A DNA stretch of 57,896 nt from Rickettsiales bacterium. GTDB taxonomy: Bacteria; Pseudomonadota; Alphaproteobacteria; Rickettsiales; JABSSG01. The DNA lies in assembly GCA_018062985.1 (NCBI GenBank), contig JAGORE010000003.1, forward strand, positions 1-57,896, in the 5' to 3' direction. The translations under genes were made by a program, and so were the position numbers. Below are positions 28,725 through 37,943 of the stretch, one piece after another. Below the pieces are notes generated by a model, which saw only the letters and a program-made list of their open reading frames with translations, did no database searches and was not told the origin of the DNA. The stretch's first letter is position 1. Every line of letters starts with the position of its first letter.

Positions 28725-29819
28725 ATGGAAATATTAAAAAACACCAAAAATTTCCCTTATATAATGTTAATAGCCGTATATTTAACTGCAGCTATTGGAT
28801 TGTTACTTATGCATGGAATAAGCACTCCTACAAAGCCACTATTTCATAAACAAATGATACATTTATGCATTGCTTCCGTTCTTTTATTTGGAGCAGCATT
28901 AATAAATATAAGGCACATATTTCATATATCATTTGCTATATATGCTGTATCTCTCATATTACTAATTAGCGTTACTATTGTTGGCCATACAGCAATGGGA
29001 GCAACACGATGGCTTAATCTTGGTATAGTCAAAATTCAACCATCAGAATTGGTAAAAATAGGCATCACCATGGCACTTGCTGCATATTTTCATACTATAC
29101 AATATCAAAATATCGCAAAACCAACAACTTTATTAATACCGCTAGCTATAATACTCATCCCCTTAATTATTGTTATAAAACAGCCAGATCTTGGTACGGC
29201 ACTAACAATATCTGCTCTATCAGCAATCATTCTATTTTTAGCAGGAGTAAAAATCTGGAAGTTTGTTGTGTCTATTACAACTCTTGTGATATCTATGCCT
29301 ATAATCTGGCACTATTTATATGACTATCAAAAACAAAGAATCTTAACTTTTATATATCCAGAACATGATTCGCTTGGTGCTGGATACAACATCACACAAT
29401 CCAAAATTGCCATCGGCTCTGGTGGTTTTTTTGGTAAAGGATACTTAGAAGGAAGTCAGACACAACTCAATTTTCTACCAGAATATCAAACAGATTTTGT
29501 GTTTTCTTTATTTGCTGAAGAATTTGGGTTTTTTGGGTCAATAATTTTGCTCTTATTATTCTTTACCATCATTCTTTCTGGAATCAACATTGCCATACAC
29601 TGCAAACACACTTTTGGGAAATTACTTACTTACGGACTGGTTTCTATACTATCTCTTCACATATTTATAAATATAGGGATGGTTAGTGGATTACTACCGG
29701 TTGTAGGCATCCCCTTACCTCTAATATCATACGGTGGCAGCTCTCTTACTACTACTTTCATTGCAGTTGGTTTAATGATCAATATAAAAATTAATAGCCA
29801 TAGCCGTCTTGCTCATTGA
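28725..29819 (+). CDS. rodA: SEDS-family peptidoglycan glycosyltransferase RodA
   Basis: 364 aa. YDYQKQRILTFIYPEHDSLGAGYNITQSKIAIGSGGFFGKGYLEGSQTQLNFLPEYQTDFVFS closely parallels the E. coli RodA segment as I remember it. Confidence 0.85.
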   Translation: MEILKNTKNFPYIMLIAVYLTAAIGLLLMHGISTPTKPLFHKQMIHLCIASVLLFGAALINIRHIFHISFAIYAVSLILLISVTIVGHTAMGATRWLNLGIVKIQPSELVKIGITMALAAYFHTIQYQNIAKPTTLLIPLAIILIPLIIVIKQPDLGTALTISALSAIILFLAGVKIWKFVVSITTLVISMPIIWHYLYDYQKQRILTFIYPEHDSLGAGYNITQSKIAIGSGGFFGKGYLEGSQTQLNFLPEYQTDFVFSLFAEEFGFFGSIILLLLFFTIILSGINIAIHCKHTFGKLLTYGLVSILSLHIFINIGMVSGLLPVVGIPLPLISYGGSSLTTTFIAVGLMINIKINSHSRLAH

Positions 29820-29823
29820 TAAC

Positions 29824-30627
29824 TCAATTTAAAAATAACTTTTGATACCAACTATTATTAAATAATTTTTTTGATTTTTCTAAACTTCTTGGTAGGGACG
29901 CAAGTTTATACTGCGTATCAAAAGCATTACCATATGTTTTCTCTATAGGCATAACTTGGTTACTTAAACCATAATATATGGATACTACTATCGCAGTAAC
30001 GACCGCAAGAGGGTCAGCATCAGAACTTGGCACTCTATGCTCTATTCTCCTCACATCATGCATCCTATCAATTATTCTTATGGCTGCCGTTCGATTATTA
30101 TTACCCCATGAAATTTTCGTTGGTGTAAACATCGACTTTTTATATCTACGATAGCATTCTTTATGTGGCGCAAAAAAAATCATTGATTCTCTTATTGAAC
30201 CTAATAACCCTCCAACACTAAATAATAAAAAAACAGACTCTTTCCCATCGTATAAGTCAAAAACATTATAACCACTACGATTCATAAAATTAACATGTAT
30301 GTGTAAACTACTGCCTGGCATTTGAGCAAAAGGCCTAGCTGCAAAATCTATGCATATTTTTTTCTTTTTTGCAAATGACAACAGGTGCGCTTTTGATTTT
30401 TCAATACATTTTATAAAACTATTAATATCGTTAAACCTAGGCGTTCTTATCTCAAATTGATTCTCACCTTTTTCTTCTACAATCTGCACATTATTACAAG
30501 GAGTATATCTTTCTAGAGTTTCTGGAGAAGAACAATAAAACTCCAACTCTCCTCCAACCATAGGAGTCAAACCATACTCTTCGTGGATCTTTTTACAATA
30601 AAACAATAGAGTTTTTCTTAAATTCAT
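29824..30627 (-). CDS. Glutamine-synthetase-like catalytic-domain protein, truncated/minimal at 267 aa
   Basis: Carries GS catalytic-core motifs: GGELEFY (metal-binding Glu pair), PGSSLHIHVNF (GSGMHxH-like), NNRTAAIRI and RIEHRVPSSDADPL (RxExR...NPY-like). There is no N-terminal beta-grasp domain, and no room for one before the divergent pgeF. Confidence 0.6.
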   Translation of the reverse strand: MNLRKTLLFYCKKIHEEYGLTPMVGGELEFYCSSPETLERYTPCNNVQIVEEKGENQFEIRTPRFNDINSFIKCIEKSKAHLLSFAKKKKICIDFAARPFAQMPGSSLHIHVNFMNRSGYNVFDLYDGKESVFLLFSVGGLLGSIRESMIFFAPHKECYRRYKKSMFTPTKISWGNNNRTAAIRIIDRMHDVRRIEHRVPSSDADPLAVVTAIVVSIYYGLSNQVMPIEKTYGNAFDTQYKLASLPRSLEKSKKLFNNSWYQKLFLN

Positions 30628-30652
30628 TTATAATAAAATAAGATTAGCTTAT

Positions 30653-31408
30653 ATGTCGAATTATATCATGAAATATAGCAAACAATACCAAGGATATGCT
30701 CCAAAAGAGTTTTTTTACGGTTTTATAGGAAAAAACTTGCCAATAAAAAATCATTGGTATTCAAAGCCAGAAGATTTAGAACAAAATAAAAAGATATTAT
30801 CAGAAGAAATTGGCATCTCACGGGACTCTTTCTGCTTTTTGGAACAGATACACAGCAACAAATGTTTTGTTATCCAAACAAAAGAATCTATATCAATAAA
30901 AAATCAAGGAGATGCATTAGCAACACACTTAAAAAATGTTGCATTAATAGTTCTCACGGCTGACTGCGTCCCAGTTCTCTTTTTTGACTCGAAGCAAAAA
31001 AACGTAGCAATTGCCCATGCTGGTTGGAAAGGAGCTATAAGCGGAGTAATAGAAAACACCATAGAAACAATGATTAGCCTAGGTTCTGCAGCACAAGATA
31101 TAGATGTAGTTATTGGACCTTGTATCCAACAAGAAAGCTACGAAGTAAGCGCAGATTTTTATAAAGATTTTATATCTACAAACCCAATATATAAAAACTT
31201 TTTTATACCTTCAGTCAAACCAGAACATTTTATGTTTGATCTTCCAGGTTTTGTTATAAATATTTTAAAAATAAATCATATCGAGAAAATATCATATTTA
31301 GGAGAAAACACCTATAATAGCAAAAACTGGTTTAGTTATAGAGAAGATACGCATATGAATCAAAAAGTAAGAAGTGGCCATATATTATCGTTTATAGGAA
31401 TAAAATAA
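30653..31408 (+). CDS. pgeF: Purine nucleoside phosphorylase / peptidoglycan editing factor, YfiH/PgeF family
   Basis: 251 aa with QIHSNK, GDALAT, LTADCVPVLF, AHAGWKG and GPCI..ESYEV. Confidence 0.85.
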   Translation: MSNYIMKYSKQYQGYAPKEFFYGFIGKNLPIKNHWYSKPEDLEQNKKILSEEIGISRDSFCFLEQIHSNKCFVIQTKESISIKNQGDALATHLKNVALIVLTADCVPVLFFDSKQKNVAIAHAGWKGAISGVIENTIETMISLGSAAQDIDVVIGPCIQQESYEVSADFYKDFISTNPIYKNFFIPSVKPEHFMFDLPGFVINILKINHIEKISYLGENTYNSKNWFSYREDTHMNQKVRSGHILSFIGIK

Positions 31409-31411
31409 CAA

Positions 31412-32116
31412 ATGATAAATTTAAATTTTCTTCTTAAAAATAATAAATTTTTTATTTATACATTGGCATTTATTTTTCTAGTCTCTATATCAGCCACAGC
31501 ATTTTTAGTACATAACTCTCCTCCAGATTACCAACAAGGCCATTTTATAAAAATCATGTATGTACACGTACCTTCTGCGTGGATGTCGCTAGGGATCTAT
31601 TCCCTTATAGGAATCTTTAGCTTTTTTTCTTTAATATGGAAAAACCCAATATTAGATCTTATAGCAAGAAAAGCAGCATTACCTGGCGCAACTTTTTCAC
31701 TTATCACGCTTACCACAGGTTCACTATGGGGAGCGCCTATTTGGGGAACATGGTGGGTTTGGGATGCCAGGCTCACATCAATGTTAATTTTATTTTTCTT
31801 CTACATCTCTTACATTGCTTTATGCCTGAGTATAAAAGACGAAATAATCAAAAGCAAAGCACCTGCGGTACTAGCAATTATTGGCCTTATTAACATTCCT
31901 ATAGTAAAATTCTCTGTCAACCTCTGGACTACATTACATCAACCAAGTTCTTTCATAAGATCTAAGGGCATTTCCATAGACTCACAAATCCTAAAACCAC
32001 TTATAGGAATGTTCATAACGTGCTCGTTATTTTTTATACTCTTAATGATAATTAGAGTGCAAACAGATATTATCCGAAAAAAAATATTGCGCTTTCAATA
32101 TAAATCGGTTAGTTAA
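31412..32116 (+). CDS. ccmC: Heme exporter protein CcmC
   Basis: 234 aa and 6 TM helices, with the WWD motif WGAPIWGTWWVWDARL and MYVHVPSAW. Confidence 0.9.
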   Translation: MINLNFLLKNNKFFIYTLAFIFLVSISATAFLVHNSPPDYQQGHFIKIMYVHVPSAWMSLGIYSLIGIFSFFSLIWKNPILDLIARKAALPGATFSLITLTTGSLWGAPIWGTWWVWDARLTSMLILFFFYISYIALCLSIKDEIIKSKAPAVLAIIGLINIPIVKFSVNLWTTLHQPSSFIRSKGISIDSQILKPLIGMFITCSLFFILLMIIRVQTDIIRKKILRFQYKSVS

Positions 32117-32144
32117 ATATTAATTATTGCCTGGAGAATAAAAA

Positions 32145-32480
32145 ATGACTTTTGTTGTAACAGAAAAATGCATAAAATGTAAATATACTGACTGCGTAGA
32201 AGTATGTCCTGTGGACTGTTTTTATGAGGGAGAAAATATGTTGGTAATCAACCCAGATGAATGTATAGATTGCGGACTATGTGAACCTGAATGCCCTATA
32301 GAAGCAATTCAGCCAGAAGCAGAACACTTGATAGAGATGATTGAAACAAACAGAGAATATTCTCAAAAATGGCCAAAGATTACAACAAAAAAACAACCAA
32401 TGCCGGAAGCAGATGAGTTCAAGAACATGCAAAAAAAGTTTAAGAATCACTTTAGTTCAGAGCCTGGTCAGGACTTTTAA
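32145..32480 (+). CDS. fdxA: 7Fe-type ferredoxin (3Fe-4S plus 4Fe-4S)
   Basis: 111 aa with the cluster motifs [14 protein letters not shown] and [12 protein letters not shown]. Confidence 0.9.
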   Translation: MTFVVTEKCIKCKYTDCVEVCPVDCFYEGENMLVINPDECIDCGLCEPECPIEAIQPEAEHLIEMIETNREYSQKWPKITTKKQPMPEADEFKNMQKKFKNHFSSEPGQDF

Positions 32481-33825
32481 TTCTGCCAAAAACACATTTT
32501 ACAAATATTTTTTTATTTCACTCATACTCTTCTCTAAGCAGGCTTATGCTTTAGACATACTAAGCGATACCGAAACAGAAAGCGTTGTAAGAAAGCTTAT
32601 TACACCAATACTGAAAGTAGCAAATATTACCCCTACAACACTAAATATTTACATTATCCTTGATCGCAATGTTAATGCTTTTGTGATTGGGGGGAACAAT
32701 CTATTTATCAACACAGGATTAATTGCCACATTTAACAACCCAGATGTCTTAAAAGGTGTAGTAGCGCACGAATTAGGACACGTTACTGGTGGACACGTAG
32801 CCATGAGACAAGCTGAAATACAAAACTTAATGTCACAATCTATATTGATTAACCTCCTTGGTGCCGCAGCTATACTTGGAGGAGCAGGAGAAGCTGGATC
32901 AGCTCTTATTTCTGGTGGACTACACGCAGCACAAGGAAATTATTTAAGCTTCTCAAGATTTCAAGAAACAGCAGCAGATACCACGGCAATAAAATATTTG
33001 CATGATTCTCATAATACCGTGAAGGGCTTAATACAAGTATTTGAACACTTTGAACAAGAAACTAGAAGAATGAGAGAGCATATAAACCCATATATGCAAA
33101 CCCATCCACTGAGCAATGAAAGGCTTACTATTACAAGACAATCTTTAATAAAAGAGGATTCTAGTTTTAAATCTAGCGAAGACGAAAAAAAAGAATACTC
33201 ACAAATAGTAGCCAAATTAAGAGGCTTTACATTTCCTCTAAATCAATTATCAATAAACAATCAAAAAGATTTACCTCCACCTGCACTACTATATGAGGAA
33301 TCTATAATTTTATATAGAAATGCTAAGTTTGCCCAGGCAATCACTATCCTTAATGACTTAATAAAACAAGATCCTAGTAACGGCTATTTATACGAGTTAA
33401 AAGGTCAGTTTCTTTTTGAATCAGGACATGTACAACAAGCCATAGAGTCATACAAACAAGCTATCAATCTTTTACCTAACAAACCGCTGTTGCTAGCAGA
33501 ATACGCAGTGGTTCTAGTAAACTCCTCTAATGAAGCAAAAGGATCGTCAAAAAATATAATACTTGAAGAATCTATAGTAATTCTCAATAAAGTTCTAAAT
33601 TCTAGACTAAACAACAATCCCTACGTTTACAGGCAGCTAGCAATAGCATATGGAAAATTAGGTAAATTAAATTACAGCAATCTAATGCTTGCAGAAGAAG
33701 CCTGTCTTCTTCTTAAATTCAATGATGCTAAGAAATTTATAGAGTTAGCCAAAAAATATAATCACAATGATGAGTATGTCAAACTACGAATAGACGATAT
33801 ATTAAAAACTTTACCTACAAATTAA
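32413..33825 (+). CDS. M48-family zinc metalloprotease with C-terminal TPR repeats (BepA-like)
   Basis: [10 protein letters not shown] zinc motif and a signal-like [14 protein letters not shown], with TPR-like helices in the C-terminal half. The ORF-track start at 32341 is a TTG. The first ATG is 32413, which still overlaps fdxA by 68 nt, so the start is uncertain. Confidence 0.78.
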   Translation: MSSRTCKKSLRITLVQSLVRTFNSAKNTFYKYFFISLILFSKQAYALDILSDTETESVVRKLITPILKVANITPTTLNIYIILDRNVNAFVIGGNNLFINTGLIATFNNPDVLKGVVAHELGHVTGGHVAMRQAEIQNLMSQSILINLLGAAAILGGAGEAGSALISGGLHAAQGNYLSFSRFQETAADTTAIKYLHDSHNTVKGLIQVFEHFEQETRRMREHINPYMQTHPLSNERLTITRQSLIKEDSSFKSSEDEKKEYSQIVAKLRGFTFPLNQLSINNQKDLPPPALLYEESIILYRNAKFAQAITILNDLIKQDPSNGYLYELKGQFLFESGHVQQAIESYKQAINLLPNKPLLLAEYAVVLVNSSNEAKGSSKNIILEESIVILNKVLNSRLNNNPYVYRQLAIAYGKLGKLNYSNLMLAEEACLLLKFNDAKKFIELAKKYNHNDEYVKLRIDDILKTLPTN

Positions 33826-33971
33826 AAACTAGATAAAAAAAGATATTTTTATTGAAATCTATGAACATAAAAGTATACCATACCAAAATAATATAAAGTT
33901 TATATTTATACCTGGACAACAATTATCTTGTTATTTAGTATATATAAAAAGATTGAATGAGGGAGATTACA

Positions 33972-35000
33972 ATGGCAAAAGATTTTAACAATCAAAATAA
34001 AGATCAAAATACAAATTCTCAAATGGATGGTCAAGAACAATACTCAGATCAATCTGGAGAGGCACAGCAACAATATGACAGCAACAGTATTCCTGAACCT
34101 CAAAAAAAGTCAGGCATAGGTTTCTTAATATTTGTGGTAGTTGTTGCTCTGGTAGTGGCAGTAGGATTCAAAGATAATGTTCTTGGCATGATTGAAAAGT
34201 TTAGAAACCCTAGTACCAAGCATCCTGAAATAACTAAGCCAGTAGAGAGTGAGCCAGCTCCAACAATCACCGAAACTCGCGCTTCAACAACTGCACCATC
34301 AGAAGCTGTAACAACTATCACTCCAACAATTACACCAGCTGACAAACAAGAAATTGAAAATATTATTAAAGAATATATACAGAAAAATCCAAATGTAATT
34401 CTAGAGTCTTTAAAAAGCATGGAACAACAAATGGTACAAGAACGCTCTGTCAAAGCACAAAGTTATATTAAAAATAATATAAGCTCTATTACGACAAACA
34501 AACCTTATCTAGGTAATCAAAATGGTACTGTTGTAATTACAAAATTCTTTGATTATAAATGCGGATATTGCAAGAAGGCACATTCTGCAATAGACACGCT
34601 TGTTAAGAGCAATCCAAGTTTAAAAGTCGTTTTGATTGAATTACCAATTATGGGTCAACAATCATTAGTTGCCACTCAAGCATCTTTAGCAGTTTTTAAT
34701 ATAGCACCTACAAAATTTGCTAAGTTTAACAATGATCTTATGAACACTCCTAACATCGATGAAAATACCATCAAAGCTCTTGCAACACAAAATAACATTA
34801 ATGTTCAAAGTTTAATGGCAGGAATGAAATCTCCCCAAGTCGAGCAGGAAATAAACAGCAACATGTCTATAGCACGCGAGGTTGGTCTACAAGGAGTACC
34901 AGCATTTATTATCGGTGATGAGTTTATTCCAGGTTTTATAGATTATGACACTTTAAAAACAAAGGTAGAAAAGTTACAAAAGCAATATCAAAGACCGTAA
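33972..35000 (+). CDS. DsbA/Com1-like thiol:disulfide oxidoreductase with a Gln-rich N-terminus, TM anchor and Thr/Pro linker
   Basis: CxxC active site FFDYKCGYCKK and GVPAFIIGDE. I chose the ATG at 33972 because GAGGGAG lies 6 nt upstream of it. The ORF-track start is 33957. Confidence 0.8.
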   Translation: MAKDFNNQNKDQNTNSQMDGQEQYSDQSGEAQQQYDSNSIPEPQKKSGIGFLIFVVVVALVVAVGFKDNVLGMIEKFRNPSTKHPEITKPVESEPAPTITETRASTTAPSEAVTTITPTITPADKQEIENIIKEYIQKNPNVILESLKSMEQQMVQERSVKAQSYIKNNISSITTNKPYLGNQNGTVVITKFFDYKCGYCKKAHSAIDTLVKSNPSLKVVLIELPIMGQQSLVATQASLAVFNIAPTKFAKFNNDLMNTPNIDENTIKALATQNNINVQSLMAGMKSPQVEQEINSNMSIAREVGLQGVPAFIIGDEFIPGFIDYDTLKTKVEKLQKQYQRP

Positions 35001-35007
35001 AATCCTC

Positions 35008-35035
35008 TTGACTATTTAGATATTAAGATTAATAT
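35008..35035 (+). promoter_or_regulatory. Possible promoter of rpmB-rpmE: TTGACT, 16-nt spacer, TAATAT
   Basis: Near-consensus hexamers 34 nt upstream of the rpmB start. Confidence 0.35.
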
Positions 35036-35068
35036 GCTCAAGTAATAAAAAAATGTAGAGAAGTCATT

Positions 35069-35377
35069 ATGTCCAGAAAGTGTGATGTAGCAAATGTTAA
35101 AGTAGCGAGCGGAAATAAAGTATCACATTCCAATCGAAAAACAAAACGCAAGTTTAACCCAAATCTTCATGCTGTAACGCTTTTAAGCGACACCTTAAAG
35201 CAAAAGATAAGATTAAGAGTGGCTGTAAGAACATTGAAAACTATTGAATTTAAAGGTGGATTAGATAATTTTCTATTATCTCAGTCAGCTAGAAAATTAA
35301 CAGAAAAAGCACTGAATCTAAAAAACAAAATAAAAAAGAAATTAGTCGCTTTAGAGACATCCCAGGAGAACGCATAA
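35069..35377 (+). CDS. rpmB: 50S ribosomal protein L28
   Basis: 102 aa starting MSRKCDV....SGNKVSHSNRKTKRKFNPNL. Confidence 0.9.
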   Translation: MSRKCDVANVKVASGNKVSHSNRKTKRKFNPNLHAVTLLSDTLKQKIRLRVAVRTLKTIEFKGGLDNFLLSQSARKLTEKALNLKNKIKKKLVALETSQENA

Positions 35378-35610
35378 TGAAACAAGATATTCATCCGAAA
35401 ACTCATAAAATTACTGTAGAACTTCCTGGTGGAGAACAATTTGAAACAATTTCTACATTTAGAGGTGATAGATTAGTTGTTGACGTTGATTATCGTAAAC
35501 ACCCAGCATGGACTAAAAAAGGTGTGGCACAAGTAAGCACAACTAATGCTAAAGTAAGCAAATTTAATAAGAAGTTTGGTAACCTTAGTTTTGCTACTTC
35601 TAACTCTTAA
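35377..35610 (+). CDS. rpmE: 50S ribosomal protein L31
   Basis: 77 aa starting MKQDIHPKTH, with ...HPAWTKK. The start overlaps the rpmB stop (TAATG). Confidence 0.88.
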   Translation: MKQDIHPKTHKITVELPGGEQFETISTFRGDRLVVDVDYRKHPAWTKKGVAQVSTTNAKVSKFNKKFGNLSFATSNS

Positions 35611-35621
35611 ATAAACCCGAT

Positions 35622-36143
35622 ATGATCCGTTTAGGATATGATTTCTTTAACAGAGATACCTGTACTGTAGCCAAGGAGTTGTTAGGGCAAAAGCTTTTTT
35701 GTAATAACAAAACTGGCATTATCATAGAAACAGAAGCATATATTGGCGAAAATGACCCAGCATGCCACGCTTCAAGAGGACGTACCCCGAGAACGGAAGT
35801 AATGTACGGTAAGGCAGGTATAACCTACGTTTACTTAATCTATGGAATGTATCATTGTTTAAATATCGTAACAGAAAACCAAGGTTTTCCAGCAGCTATC
35901 CTCATTCGTGGTGTTGTATCAGAAGACAACCAATTGCATGATGGTCCTGGTAAACTATGTAAATATTTTGATATCAACATTGCACATAATATCACGGATA
36001 TTACAGAATCATCTGATTTATATATTGAACAAATTACAAAAAAAGACAAAATAAAGTTTTCGTCATCCCCAAGAATCGGCATAAGCAAAGGTAAAGACAA
36101 ATTGTGGCGATATATCCTGGACACGTCAACATTACTATCTTAA
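35622..36143 (+). CDS. mpg: DNA-3-methyladenine glycosylase (Mpg/AAG family)
   Basis: 173 aa with VAKELLGQKL, IIETEAYIGENDPACHASRGRTPRTEVMYGKAG.TYVYLIYGMYHCLNIVT and AILIRG. Confidence 0.85.
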   Translation: MIRLGYDFFNRDTCTVAKELLGQKLFCNNKTGIIIETEAYIGENDPACHASRGRTPRTEVMYGKAGITYVYLIYGMYHCLNIVTENQGFPAAILIRGVVSEDNQLHDGPGKLCKYFDINIAHNITDITESSDLYIEQITKKDKIKFSSSPRIGISKGKDKLWRYILDTSTLLS

Positions 36144-36278
36144 TATTTTTGTTACATCAAAATCACACATACTAATTATAACAATCTTTAATAAAACTCT
36201 TTCTATCCCTGCATAGAATCATCTTGGAAAAACAATTACAATTCTTACTAATGACTTATCTTAAAGCTTAGGGGAAAA

Positions 36279-36956
36279 ATGCGCGCAGCTTTCACAATAT
36301 CTATATGTTCTATCTTAGCTCTTTCATCTATCTCGATAATAAATACAGCTCAAGCAAAACATAAAGAACGCTATGATTACCAAAATTCTGCATCCAAAGT
36401 TCTACACAGAACGTATATTGGCGTAAAAGGCGGAGTATCAGTTCCTGTTGCTTTTTCTTTACACCAAATAAAAGATCTAAATTCATCAGCAGTTTACGGC
36501 GGCCTTGCAGGTTATCGCTTTAACAAATGGTTTAGATCTGACGTAGAAATTAATCACAGACATGAAAGTGCTGCACGCAGAGATTCAGTAGTCGGTAATA
36601 ACATTATACCCCATACCAGCACAATAACCAGCACTCTATTTATGTTAAATGGGTACTTTATGTTACCGCAAATGTATGCGCAACCATTTATGACAGCTGG
36701 AGTTGGTGTAGCCTCAAACAAAGTTGGTGATTACAAAATAAGTAACACTGTACAATGGTCCGGAGATAAAAAAACTGCGTTTGCATATCAAGCTGGCGCT
36801 GGTTTAACTTTCTCACATGAAAATATAGATGTTGATGGCACCGTACAATATGTAAACAGAGGTGAAGGTCAAACAAAAGCCAATACAACTTCAGGACCAC
36901 GAAAAGTGACAATAAAAGACTTTGTCTTTTCAATGTCCTTACGATACAATCTTTAA
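36279..36956 (+). CDS. Small beta-barrel outer membrane protein (paralog 2)
   Basis: Signal peptide ...SIINTAQA, alternating-strand pattern, internal GAGLTF and MTAGVGV glycine motifs shared with the other two paralogs, and a C-terminal FSMSLRYNL. Confidence 0.75.
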   Translation: MRAAFTISICSILALSSISIINTAQAKHKERYDYQNSASKVLHRTYIGVKGGVSVPVAFSLHQIKDLNSSAVYGGLAGYRFNKWFRSDVEINHRHESAARRDSVVGNNIIPHTSTITSTLFMLNGYFMLPQMYAQPFMTAGVGVASNKVGDYKISNTVQWSGDKKTAFAYQAGAGLTFSHENIDVDGTVQYVNRGEGQTKANTTSGPRKVTIKDFVFSMSLRYNL

Positions 36957-36968
36957 TTCTTAAGAAAA

Positions 36969-37943
36969 ATGGCATCTGCTAATGACATCGTATATCTAAA
37001 AGCAAGTATAAGCAAATACGTCCCAGATGGACTTGGTACAGGCGATTATTTACAAAGAGTGTTCTTAGATCAATATGGCATTTCAATTACCACCAATCAA
37101 AAACTTACTGCAATGTCTGCAGTCATCCAAAACTCTTTTGATGCTTTTAGAAAATCGGGAGATTTTCCCATACTAGGAGATGATCCAGATATTTTAACAC
37201 TCTTTACACCAGCTGGCTCCACACAACTAGGACGATTAAATGAACAAGATCCGGTACTAAGCCAATACGCAATACCAGGCAGCACCAGCTTTAGTATTGT
37301 CTCTTTAGCCAATGCAGTTGGTAACATAAGTAGCACCTTTGATACAGGAAATCCAAGTGTAGTGCCAACGAGCTTAACACAAGTTATTGGTAATATAGCT
37401 GATATCAGACTAGCTGGAACAGAACCAACAACAGTAACTTCAAATTCTTTAGTTGATAAAATTGGTAAGATACCCATAAATTCTGGTATGGAACGCACTT
37501 CAATTATAGAAGCACTAAATTATGTTTATACTCATAAAACACCTTTACTATTCTCATTCTGCACTGCGCAAGGAGATACTCGTCTGGATCCACCATATAC
37601 TACATCAAGCCCATCAGATCAAAGTGTACTAATTGCACAACAAGATTATCACGCAAATATGCAAGGTTTACTACAATTAGATCAAATAGCAGGTAGCATT
37701 ACTAGACTTGTTGATGATCTATTCACTTGTATAAAGCTAGTAGCAATAATTGCTAAAGGAAAATCTGGAGCATATACAGTAACTAACAGCGGAACACCAT
37801 ATACAAGCAAAACCGACTGTACAACCACTGTGGCATCCACCATAATAGGATATGTTACCGGAACAGATTTTAATACCGGAATAACAGACCCTGATATTTT
37901 ACCAATTGTTGTTGGAGAAATTTGCGCTCAGTATGATAGCTAA
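36969..37943 (+). CDS. Hypothetical protein (orphan, 324 aa, Ser/Thr/Gly-rich, no signal peptide)
   Basis: Uninterrupted ORF 12 nt downstream of the OMP gene on the same strand. I recognise no motif. Confidence 0.6.
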   Translation: MASANDIVYLKASISKYVPDGLGTGDYLQRVFLDQYGISITTNQKLTAMSAVIQNSFDAFRKSGDFPILGDDPDILTLFTPAGSTQLGRLNEQDPVLSQYAIPGSTSFSIVSLANAVGNISSTFDTGNPSVVPTSLTQVIGNIADIRLAGTEPTTVTSNSLVDKIGKIPINSGMERTSIIEALNYVYTHKTPLLFSFCTAQGDTRLDPPYTTSSPSDQSVLIAQQDYHANMQGLLQLDQIAGSITRLVDDLFTCIKLVAIIAKGKSGAYTVTNSGTPYTSKTDCTTTVASTIIGYVTGTDFNTGITDPDILPIVVGEICAQYDS

